DNA from: Lingula anatina
Taxonomy: Eukaryota > Animalia > Brachiopoda
Direction of reading: 5' to 3'
NCBI GenBank assembly: GCA_051362555.1
Contig: CM120640.1
Coordinates: 44,184,788 to 44,248,787 of the forward strand
DNA: 64,000 nt
The notes below the pieces were generated by a model. It was not told where the DNA came from. It ran no database searches and saw only the letters and a list, made by a program, of their open reading frames with translations. Made by a program: the position numbers and the translations under genes. Shown one piece after another: positions 54,501-64,000 of this stretch (positions are counted from its first letter, which is position 1; the number at the start of each line of letters is the position of its first letter).

Positions 54501-55688
54501 AAGCCTTCAAACCGAATGTCGTAAAGTCCCCATATACCTCCATAGAGACAATAAAATAGAATGAGCTTCTGATCAAACCTGATCCAGTTCCAACAGAATA
54601 ATCGAAATAAAATACTGCCGGGCATCGGAGCGGCCTAAAACTTGGCACGCTTACCGCTAATACTGCAGGCTTCATCATCCCGTCGCTCGTTTGTAAATTC
54701 CGTGCATGGCATACGCACAATCAAACCGTAAAAAACAAATTCTCAGGGTGTCGTTGGCTAGGTCCACTCAACAATCCAATTCAGGAAATGACGTAACCGC
54801 AGAGGTCGCATTGTCCAATGGCATGGCTTCTTTTTCGTAATGGTAGGTTAGAGTGGACCTGGCCAAAGACACCCTGAGAATTTGTTTTTTACGGTTTGAT
54901 TGTGCGTATGCCATGCACGGAATTTACAAACGAGCGACGGGATGATGAAGCCTGCAGTATTAGCGGTAAGCGTGCCAAGTTTTAGGCCGCTCCGATGCCC
55001 GGCAGTATTCTATTTCGATTATTCTGTTGGAACTGGATCAGGTTTGTTTCAGAAGCTCATTCTATTTTATTGTCTCTATGGAGGTATATGGGGACTTTAC
55101 GACATTCGGTTTGAAGGCTTTAACCACTTGTTATAGTTTATTTTTGCATTGTATTGGATTAATGTGGTAGTCCAAGGTTGTTGTAGGTGGTTTTCAAGTT
55201 TATGCACCCGGTTTTAATATCATTTAGCGATTTTACGACAATCGTTTACTATCCAATCAAGGTGACAGCCGAGCGTGAACCACAGTACCAGTTTTGAATT
55301 CTTTGGTATATTACACTTTCATAGTGACATCAAGATATCTGAGAAGTAAAATGAAGTACTGGTGTTTCAAACTAATGGCTTATGACAGGAAGCTTGTACG
55401 AGAGAGAGAGAGAGAAGTGTGTCTTGATAATCGCACACGATCATAAAAGTGATGATGCGGAATGATGGTGTCACCAGGTGCTGTTGACGTTAAACTTGAG
55501 CAGTATCTCATATTGCTGAATGAAGTCTGATAAAAATTTATTCAAGTTCTCGTTTGAATGCTAATTCACAATTTATAAACCAGGTAGTTAAATTATAGGC
55601 TTCTGTCTGTGTCAAGGCATAACACTTTACCTTTTGTGTGAGTTCTTTTCGGTTTCTTTTTATCTTTTTTGCGTTGAGGACGTCCCAT
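44830..55688 (-). CDS. ACL4: TPR protein, probable assembly chaperone of Rpl4 (ACL4-like), 389 aa, 12 exons
   Basis: Minus-strand exons 55688-55631, 54033-53921, 53544-53398, 52267-52115, 50768-50668, 47964-47841, 47618-47526, 47095-47027, 46826-46773, 46556-46470, 45905-45830, 44924-44830 (1170 nt). Basic N-terminus MGRPQRKKDKKKPKR; TPR-like segments ELAQKFCQRALELDPDN, GHAKYMYLGQL, AYCSIAEIYMTDCCFEE, LLDEDEDVIQVWYLLGW; acidic C-terminal tail. Confidence 0.85.
45040..45197 (-). mobile_element. MITE family A copy 3 (inverted, one end lost)
   Basis: Reverse-complement match to family A (TTTTCTGACAG...TATCTTTGTTGATCCA...GAAGACCCAGAAGACAGCCTTAATCTGCCCCTG). The left TIR is missing, next to a TA-rich tract. 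Confidence 0.75.
47341..47416. repeat. 38-bp exact tandem duplication
   Basis: GCTTTTACCACATTTCACTTAATTGTTATAAAAGCTGG x2. Confidence 0.9.
48556..49245. repeat. Diverged tandem repeat, ~300-340-bp unit, just over 2 copies
   Basis: A CTTCAGGCCCATGG..TTCAA..TCACAC..TGAAAATG motif recurs at ~48558, 48858 and 49198 with shared internal blocks. Confidence 0.8.
49247..50196 (+). mobile_element. Tandem-repeat-bearing non-autonomous Helitron/Helentron-like (HINE-type) element
   Basis: Internal ~160-bp diverged repeats (AAAAAACAGCATA...ACAATAATGGCCCGATCATGCTGATTTTCGAACTTGA), a GGCGAC microrepeat, and a terminal hairpin TATGTACAGACACA-TC-TGTGTCTGTACATA (50163-50192) followed by an A-run. The left end is approximate. 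Confidence 0.55.
50340..50530 (+). mobile_element. Degenerate tRNA-derived SINE
   Basis: B-box-like GGTTCAATTC, followed by GGTACCTGCTGTCTCTGCACTTAGTATTCAACAT and GGCTGTATGCTCCCCAAGGAAGTGAG. From memory these resemble Meta/Deu SINE cores; not searched. Confidence 0.45.
52268..53397 (-). other. U12-type (minor spliceosome) GT-AG intron, ACL4 intron 3
   Basis: The minus-strand donor is AAA|GTATCCTTT, the U12 consensus. A branch site CACCTTAAC lies 12 nt before the acceptor (...caccttaacagctgttcccAG|TGC). There is no long polypyrimidine tract. Confidence 0.9.
52431..53277 (-). mobile_element. Tc1/mariner internally deleted transposon relic
   Basis: TIRs CACTGACCAAAACTTCCAACGCAACAC / GTGTTGCGTTGGAAGTTTTGGTTAGTA with TA flanks. 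Minus-strand fragments MPRPGQNQQERAVGM...HVSTISCLW..YNETGSTND (paired-like HTH) join directly to YSPDLNPIGHLWD and a C-terminal RGGYTRY*; the DDE core is deleted. Confidence 0.88.
54344..55277. mobile_element. Foldback/large-TIR non-autonomous DNA transposon, 934 bp, 8-bp TSD
   Basis: Arms 54344-54769 and 54851-55277 are near-perfect reverse complements. Termini CACGCTCGG...CCGAGCGTG; AACCACAG is duplicated at 54336-54343 and 55278-55285. Confidence 0.93.
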
Positions 55689-55845
55689 GTTTCACTCCAC
55701 ATGTGCTTATGCGCGTAGCCGTTCGACTTCCGGTTTTGCGTAGTAAGACATTTTTCACTTCCTTTTAAAACAAAGTGTTGAGAGCCGCTGAAAACTTCTC
55801 TGCATGTTTTATCCGACTAAATTTTAAGTTTCAAAATAACCAAAC
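55689..55845. promoter_or_regulatory. 157-bp bidirectional promoter between ACL4-like and SNF8
   Basis: Divergent ATGs at 55688 and 55846. The gap has ETS-like ACTTCCGG/CACTTCC motifs and retained CpGs. Confidence 0.75.
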
Positions 55846-58420
55846 ATGCGTCGACGTGGTATAGGCATGGGGGCCATCAAGAACAAGAATCTTGCACAGG
55901 TATGTAGGCATTTAGCCAATAAGTCACAATATAAGTTGTAACTGTTATCACTTGTAATTTATTTTAAAACATAATTTAATACATGTACTGTACATTGTAC
56001 ATGTACGGTACCCAGTAATCCCCCACATGTCTTTTGTTGTTTAGAACATTTATAACTGACGTATACTGTAGAGAAAATTCAGACCAGGCAAAATAAATAC
56101 ATAGATTTTATAGTTGCCCCCTATTTGTGATTTTCTTTTTCAATTTTTTTTTAAGGCAAGATTTAAAGATAAAGGTAGTGAGCTAGCTGAAGACCAACTA
56201 AACCAGGTGAGCAAAAACTTCTTGATCTTAGTAGTGGGCAAGTAGATAAATAATGGTTGTCTTTTGAATATTTTTTTAGCAGATGTGATGAATGTATTAA
56301 AATATTCTTAAAACAATTGATATATGTATTGTGTAACATAATTCCAGATGTCCAAACAGCTAGATGTTTTTAGAACACACCTAGAAGACTTTGCAGCCAA
56401 ACATAAAGATGACATAAGGAAGGACCCACAATTTAGGAAACACTTTCAGGAGATGTGTGCTACTATTGGCGTGGATCCACTTGCTTGTATGTTTTATTTA
56501 TTTGAGCAATATGAGGGTTGTTAATTATGAAAGTGGACTGGCCTCTGAAGATATCCTGACCTTTATTTAGAAAAGATGGTCACTTAATGTTTTTTTCAGT
56601 TATGTATAAACAGATCTTTGACCAAAAATGAACATGCAAAGAAAATATTTTTCTGTGCTGCTGCATGTGTTGTCTTATTATACAGTAATAGTTAAAACTA
56701 TTAAAATCAAAATTACTCCAGTACAGTGATTTTTACAAAATTTAAGTTAAGGTTCTTTATTATATATATATATTTTTTCATTTTTAGTTGTGTGAATTAG
56801 AGCTTTTGAACTCATCTTTATAAATATATTTTTAAATCGTTATAAAATGCATAATTTACATACATGAGAAATTTATTAAAAAAGTAATTAGTTTTCCTCG
56901 GTCTCTTTGTATGTCCTTTCCAGCTGGTAAAGGTTTCTGGGCAGAGATGTTGGGTGTTGGTGACTTCTATTACGAACTTGGTGTTCAGATAGTTGAAGTA
57001 TGTTTGGCAACCAGCCATAGAAATGGAGGTAAAGGATAAGCCTGTTTAAAATTGAAAATGTCCTTCTTTTGTTATAGACCCATTGTTTTTGTGCTGTACT
57101 ATTTTTATGCTTTATTGAAAATCATATGAACAAAATACTCATCACTGCATAATGTCTACACTAAATATACTGAGAGCAGTTATCTGTGATTGGCCAGCTT
57201 GAGAATAATGCAGCACATTGTTTTATTTCAGGTTTAATGGACTTGGAAGAATTAAGACAAAAACTTTTATCAACAAGAGGTAAAAGAAAACAAGAGATAA
57301 GCATGTAAGTATGAAGTAAGGTCAAGTGACACTTATAACAGATAAAAGTACCTGACAATAATACCTTAGTTTTTTTTTTCTTTTCTTTTTGTTTCAAGTC
57401 ATTTTTTCCCACAACAGTAAAGCATTTTGATTACTTGCACTTTCATTGATATGTTTTAGTTATACATTTTTCAGAGATGACCTAATGAGAGCCATCAAGA
57501 AACTGAAGGTGCTAGGTAATGGTTTTACTGTGATCCCAGTAGGAGGGAGGTATCTAGTCCAGTCTGTGCCCGGAGAACTCAGCATGGACCACACAGCTGT
57601 ATTACAATTAGCAGAGGTAAGAATAGGTTTTGATATCAGTACGGTAACTATAGAAATTCAGATGTCTTTCCTTGTCTAATTTGCTTTTATTTTCTCAATA
57701 AAGAACATTCTGTATACAGATGCATTTGCCCAAGCAGAGAGATTAGACATGCACTAAAATTTGGTAATTTGCTGGATGTTTAATTGGGTTTTTATGACTT
57801 GGAGGCAAGTCAGTAGCGCATTTGTCTAAAATTCATGTTCTGTTCAGTCATTGATGAATTTGACATCTGTTAGTTTAGTTTTTAATTGAGGTACTATTAC
57901 AGCATCAGCTTGTCAACTTTATCAAAATGCTATGTTATTAGGGATTACACTTCACAACTACTTTGCATTTTCTTCTCAAGAACTATAGTAAATTAGATAG
58001 TTTAACAGTTTAGGAGGCACTAAAAGAGTTACATCATTTTTCTCAATTACAGGACACAGGCTATGTATCAATGAGCATGATCAGAGATAGATTAAAATGG
58101 GGAGAAGAGAGGTCACATAGAGCTGTAGTAAGTAGAGAGTGCAGCCTATTTTAAGTCACTTTCAAAATTTTAAATTTTATGTTAAGGTAGTATTTTTACT
58201 AGGAGAACTCAATTTATGTTGTATTTTAATTTTATTTTTTATTTATTTTATTTAAATTTATTATTTATTTATTTTTATTTTTGTTGCTTTCAGATTATCT
58301 GTTACTTTTTCATTGTAGGACTACATGTTGAAGGAAGGGTTGGCCTGGGTAGATGACCAAGCTCCACAAGAAAAGCACTTTTGGTTCCCAGCCCTTTTCA
58401 GTAACCTGGATCAAGAATAA
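55846..58420 (+). CDS. SNF8: ESCRT-II subunit SNF8/VPS22/EAP30, 246 aa, 8 exons
   Basis: Exons 55846-55899, 56156-56206, 56348-56486, 56924-57028, 57232-57304, 57475-57616, 58053-58127, 58319-58420 (741 nt). Motifs [72 protein letters not shown]...FWFPALF. Confidence 0.96.
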
Positions 58421-58613
58421 AGACATTCATTTTTATTTTATGATCATTTAATTATTGAATAAAGCACTTTGAAGGAAACCAAGAAAACAGAATGTTTGAA
58501 CATGGTGCAATGAAGTCTTAATTTTTATTCATTTAATCTAGTTCTTGGTATTCATAATATAATCTGACAATGTGAAAAGTTCTGTTTACACAGATTATTA
58601 TCTTCTTGTCTGT

Positions 58614-58825
58614 GGGGTCATGTCGATACTCCCCCGCACCGTTACTCCCCCGCACCGATAATCCCCCTTAGTAATTTTTTGTATTATGCGCAACGATACG
58701 ACCCCACACCGATAGATCCCCACATTAGTACATCCCCGCACCAATACTCCCCGCACCCATACTCCCCCTCAGTATATCTGTAATTTTAGGGGAGTATCGG
58801 TGCGGGGACGTATCGACATGTAACC
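58614..58825. mobile_element. MITE with GG..CC ends, internal CCCCGCACCGATAC repeats and ~8-bp TSD (Merlin-like)
   Basis: GGGGTCATGTCGATACTCCCCCGCACCG / CGGTGCGGGGACGTATCGACATGTAACC, with flanks TTGTCTGT and TTGTCTGC. The superfamily is an inference. Confidence 0.7.
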
Positions 58826-59564
58826 TTGTCTGCTAGCTCTTCTTACAGTATATTCAGGCACTAAGACGCATAATGTCAGCAAAAGGCAGAAGTTCAAGTC
58901 TTATCTTTAATCTGAGGGATGTCATGACAATCCTGTAACTTTTTGTTTGATAACCTTATAATGTGATTATACAGTGAAAGTCTAAGATATGATGGTGCTT
59001 CTTGCCAATGGCAGATATCTTGCAGTGCGTCTTTTGCCATTAATGAAAAATGTGCCCCTTTTCAGCTCATTTAAAACATTTAAAATTATCAGGAATGTAT
59101 CTTAAATTAAGTGGAATTGAGGACAGACAGATGTTTACTTTCTCAGCCCATTTTTTTTTTTTAATTTTTGCAATCAAACATTTCAATTGTGGAATAATGA
59201 AAAATAAAGTTATTATTTTGATGAACTTTTCTCTCTTTTCGCCTTGTCTGTAGACTGTAATTTCGACTTGCTATGAGATAATAATTTTCTAATGTAGTGA
59301 ATATAATTAAACATTAAAATAGTCGACTCTATCAAAATCAAAGCAGGAGCTGCCCTCACTCGAAGCAAGGAGTTATAACTCCTTGCTCGAAGTCGACACT
59401 TAACATTTTGCCTGGGCATTTTAGCCTCGGATAAGGCTTATCTTGTTGTAAAACGGAAGTAGGGGGCAGTAAAGAAGTCGAGTGAAACAGGCACGCTTCT
59501 CGTATCTACGAGTGGTAGGGGATTTACAATCACTCCTTTTCTCAGGTGCATTTAAACAAAAGAC

Positions 59565-62395
59565 ATGATTCAATCACCAAATCAGCGAGTACTGGTAAGT
59601 ATTGTGCTTACTTATTATGTGTCTGGTAGTAAAGCATGCGTGAATCTTGTTCTACTAGTCATGCCTCATCGACTCTTACTAGTACTGTACGTACATCTAC
59701 CCGGTAATTGCCAGCACGAAAATTAATGCGTTAGCACTCCTGTATACGGTTTCTGATATGTCCTGACTGCTTTTGTGCTAATGCATGAAACTTCGCCCTA
59801 ACTTCTGTAACAAAAGGCCTTAAGTTTAAAATGGGGTGGCACAAATTGCAACCATTGTCACCTTCGTTGGTTTGTCGAGCACTACGAAATTCATGCGTAA
59901 GCACTCCTATTAATGATTCTGACATGTACTGGCTGCGGTAATGCATGGAAGTAAAGGCTTCAGAATTGTGGAATGAAGACCAGTTTCTGAAAAAGCCACC
60001 GTTCAGGAGCTCTCAAATTTTATTTTTTCATCTCTTGAACTCGCATACTGTACCGGGGTACTTGTGTAAAATCAACCACTTTTCCCATTAACAGCGCTGC
60101 GCTTTGAGTAAATTAATGTCTATCTGCTTGTTTACAAGTTAATCCGCTGTGAAATCATACACACGCTCTCAAAGGGGGGAACAGCTGTGACAAGCAGACT
60201 TCTTTCAAAAAATTTGTTAGAGTACCAACCAGTCAAGTTTTACCTTTGCTTTACTGTAAGTGGCAGCAGTAGTAGTAGTACAGTAGTAGTAGTAGTAGTA
60301 GTAATAGTAGTAGTAGTAATAATAGGGTTAAAGGGTAATGTAAACCTGTGCGGTTAACAATTTTAAACTAAATGTTTGTTATTTAATGTCTTTCCTATTT
60401 TTGCTAGCAATGGGCAACTTTCGCAAGAATCTGGTGGCTGTATGATGCACATATGCAGTGCCCATTCAAGTCATCAAACAAAATTGCACACTATCTACAA
60501 GGGAAACACAAACCAGTTTATCACCCTTTGAGTAAGTTGGATTCTAGACATCATATCCATCATGAAAGATAATTTGAATGTTTCCATTTGAAAAAGTCAA
60601 TAAGATTACTTATTTTATAATTTATATTCTAGCCTTAACCAAGCAATGTTGATACTTTACTTCTCAATTCCCTCTTTCAGGTCAAATTGGAGATCATGTT
60701 GTGGTCATAAATTCCAGACATATAGCACTGAGGGATGATTTGTGGAGAACATTTATATTTTCAAGCCACACAGGGTAAGTATCATTTATTTAGACTAATG
60801 GAAAGCCTTCTTCGTTTCATTATTTACTAGTATATATTTGTACAAAACCTTACCAGATAGTTTAAAATTTTTTTAAAAGGTTGTTAAGTTTAAATGATAT
60901 AATACTGACATTAATACATATTTACAGGAAGGAATTAACCTGTGTTAGTGTTTGCCAAATTGGGCACTTAAATTTGTTGTTTGAATTAATTGTTTCAGTT
61001 ATCGCCGTGGATTTACCCAAAGAAGAGCTTGGGTTGTACATGAGGAAGACCCAACTGAGGTAATGTGTTGGAAGGATGCTGCATCCCACAACACTTATTT
61101 TTGAATCTCCGTGTTAGGTAGCTCATCAGATGTGGAAGATATATAATAAAGAAATACCATTTTAACCTTTTTGAGGAAAATTGATGTCTTGATAGAGGGT
61201 TATACATAAGGACCTGTTAAAATGTTATAAACTGTTACATGTCCACTTTATTGACAGATAATTAGGAAGTCTGTGTATAGCAGACTACCAGGGAATTTAC
61301 TGAGGAAAGGACACATGGCAAGGTTACACATTTACCCAGATGAAGTAAGTGTTCATTGCAACTGGTGATTAAAGGATACCATTCTTGGATTTTTACCATC
61401 TTGAATCTCTATATTCTCTGTCTTCAACAACAATAACAAAAAAATGAAAATGCCATTTAACTGTTTAATTTACTAAACCCTAGTGAACAATGAAGTTTTT
61501 AAAAATGTAGCTATATATTTGTATGGTGTTTTAAGTTAAAATTTCCATACAGGATTGGTTAGTTAAATTGATAATTGTGATGATGAAGTGAATATTCTTG
61601 TGATCTCCCCCTCCAAACTCACACACATGCACGCATTTAGATCAATTTACCTTGCAAAAGTATAAATTTATATAGCACTGCAACCTAGTCAAATAATTGA
61701 TGTAGTCCTGATGACTTTTTCATTTTCATTATACAAAACATATTTTTTTCTTCAATCTTGAATTAAAAATTGTTACATATGAAAATTAGTATTATGGTTC
61801 CGTAATAAATCAGCTGTACAGAATGTTTTTTTTTCTCTTTATTAGAATGTCCCACCAGACATTTTGAAGAATGTGACTGATCAGCTATACCCTATTTTAT
61901 CCATACCCAAGAGATTAGACCAATATACCGAAGAAGAAGTTAGGAACTTTCCAAAACTTTTTGATTGGTAAGTGTAAATGCACTGTGCTAATTTGGACCA
62001 AATCCAACTACTACATCATGCAGCTGTGATATATATCCTTCTAAAAACATTACTTCATCTGTGCACAACATGAATGAGTCAAAGACATATGGTTACTCCT
62101 CTTATTTCTTTGCATGATTTCCATCAATATGTATCTTTTCAACTTCTTATTTGAACCAGGGTGTTACAAGTGGATATCCTTCTCTTCAGCAACCCTATTT
62201 AACCTGTTTATCCATATGATGTTGAGTAATGACAGGTTTTTTAAATTGCAAAAGTGTAAAAGGTTGTCATATTACTCGATGTCACATGCTCTTACTTTGA
62301 ATATATTCAGGCCTGAAGATCACAAGTTGCACCCAGGGAAACCTGTGGAGCGACGAGGAAAGAAACCAGTTAAAGCAAGTGAGGAAAATACATAG
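59565..62395 (+). CDS. MRPL13: Mitochondrial ribosomal protein uL13m, 200 aa, 7 exons
   Basis: Exons 59565-59594, 60408-60531, 60681-60774, 60999-61059, 61258-61344, 61846-61967, 62311-62395 (603 nt). Motifs [52 protein letters not shown]...[21 protein letters not shown]. Confidence 0.94.
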
Positions 62396-63066
62396 CGAAA
62401 TATCAAGAGAAGTGGGCTGGTAAAAGCAAGGCCCTGATCAGGGCTCATAACAAACCTGTGTTTTTTCCCCTTTTTTAAATTACAAGCATGCAGTAGATTC
62501 TACATTAGCAGTTGGTTTGTTTCCCCTATGTTTGGCCTTTTGCCATATCAAAGGCTGATTGACCCATATTGTAGCCCTATCTATAATTTTGTTCTCCACT
62601 CAACATGTGTTAATAAATGGAAAATTATGGAGAAAGGAAAAGGAGAACTGTAATTTTTTTCTTTAAAAAATGGGGAACTTCATCATGTTTGAGAGAACAA
62701 GTATAGTAGGGTATAAGAAGGGGATGTACATGTGGTAACAATAATAATGTTGATAACTGTGGGTCAACATTTTCTGAGAATTTTCCATAAAACTGGCTTT
62801 GTTTGAGACGGTGTGCAAAATTGGTCAACTGAAAAATAAAGCTGTAAGAAGGAAACAGTCTTTACTAATAAATTCTTTATTCTTCGAATTATACAAAACT
62901 GTTGAGGAGTTTAAACTGGCAAAAATATCCAAGTGGTATCATTTTATACTTGCAAATAAACATGCTGCATTGTGATGCCTTTTGATTGTTACTAGTATCT
63001 GTCATGTGAAAATCTTTATCAAACTGAACAAACATGTCACTACTTTGCTGTTGTAATAAGAGCCCT

Positions 63067-63710
63067 GTAGAGCCGCATTTTGCAACCGACCGCATTTTGC
63101 AACCGGTTGCAAAATGCGTTCAGTTGCAAAATGCGGTCCTACTAAGTAGAGCCGCATTTTGCAACTGAACGCATTTTGCAACTGCAACGCATTTTGCAAC
63201 CAAAGAAAACCGTGAAAACGCATTTTGCAACTGCAACGCATTTTGCAACCAGGATTTTTTTCTAAGTCCCTGAAACAGCTTGAAGTACGAGACAGGTAGA
63301 ATTGGAGTGGGGACGGGTTTGCTTCTACTATGTATGCTGAAACTGGCCAGGCTGCCCCTGGGGTGGACGATAATATAAAACTTATTTCACGTTGTAATTT
63401 CCTAATCCATTAGTGTTAGGAAGTCTAAACGTTAATAAACATTTTGTTCGGCATGTGCATGGGATTTCGGATTTTTTTAATTGGGGGTGTGACCGTCCCT
63501 AGGGGTGGTTGATTGTACTTTTTACTTCGTATTTTTCTCCTATCTACCCTTATATCTTCAGAATTAGGAAATAAAAACGTTGGGGATTAATAAACTATCG
63601 TAAGAAATATGCATGGGCACTTCGGAAATTTATTGTGACATGGGTGTGGTTGTCCCTGGGGGTGGTTGATTCTAATTTTACAACGTATCTTCTGCTATCT
63701 ACCCATTGTA
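63067..63710. mobile_element. Repeat-rich transposon-like region: CGCATTTTGCAAC array in both orientations plus two ~155-bp tandem units
   Basis: About 8 copies of CGCATTTTGCAAC or its complement in 63075-63250. GCATGGG...GTCCCT.GGGGTGGTTGATT...CTATCTACCC units at ~63457 and ~63611. Confidence 0.6.
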
Positions 63711-64000
63711 TCGGCCATTTGAGTAAAAACATGAAACGTAGCTACAGTATCATTTGGGATGTTGAAGGGCATTTAAAGGGGTAATAACTCTTCGTATGAG
63801 ATCTATATTTCACAATAAAAACCTTGTGAATAACTCATAGAAATATAATATATTCTGTTTTACCACAAAAACAGCAGTTATAGCCATTATTCTGATATCT
63901 GAACTTGTCTTTAGACCACGTGACCTCCATTGATGTCTATACTCTGTTAAAATCTCTTAAGAGATTTTAACAAAAAACCAAACTTTTTAGAAAAAAACCA

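Noticed and set aside
54451-55136. Mirror ORFs MCVCHARNLQTSDG... on both strands
   Set aside because: They arise from the two arms of the foldback element, start at non-ATG codons, and an indel between arms changes their C-termini.
62033-62183. Two ATATCCTTCT U12-donor-like motifs in MRPL13 intron 6 (USSE-like?)
   Set aside because: They are 141 nt apart rather than tandem, I found no matching U12 branch site or AC acceptor, and the intron has ordinary U2 ends. Probably chance in AT-rich DNA.
63067-63251. Short repeat array resembling a CRISPR array
   Set aside because: The repeats are 13 nt in mixed orientation with very short irregular gaps, there are no cas genes, and the context is eukaryotic. 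It fits transposon subterminal repeats.

Overview
This is eukaryotic, AT-rich, intron-dense animal DNA. The repeat types suggest a lophotrochozoan, probably a mollusc (inference). I spliced six genes by hand, each with canonical splice sites and consistent phases: SNRNP35 (-), head-to-head with galactocerebrosidase GALC (+); a ~1220-aa receptor tyrosine kinase (-) with an anosmin-1-like Cys-rich N-terminus, three FN3 domains and a split kinase (Torso-like); an Rpl4 assembly chaperone/ACL4-like TPR gene (-), head-to-head with SNF8 (+); and MRPL13 (+). The strongest finding is in GALC: two tandem homologous, frame-incompatible exons (13641-13824 and 14269-14449) look like a mutually exclusive pair, and the flanking introns contain stem-loops. 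Other notable items are a U12-type intron in ACL4 mostly filled by a Tc1 relic, a 934-bp foldback element with 8-bp TSDs, a 3 x ~1.19-kb tandem triplication between convergent 3' ends, inverted MITE copies bracketing an in-frame RTK exon block, and several MITE, Helitron-like and SINE repeats. All models come from reading the sequence; no searches were run.
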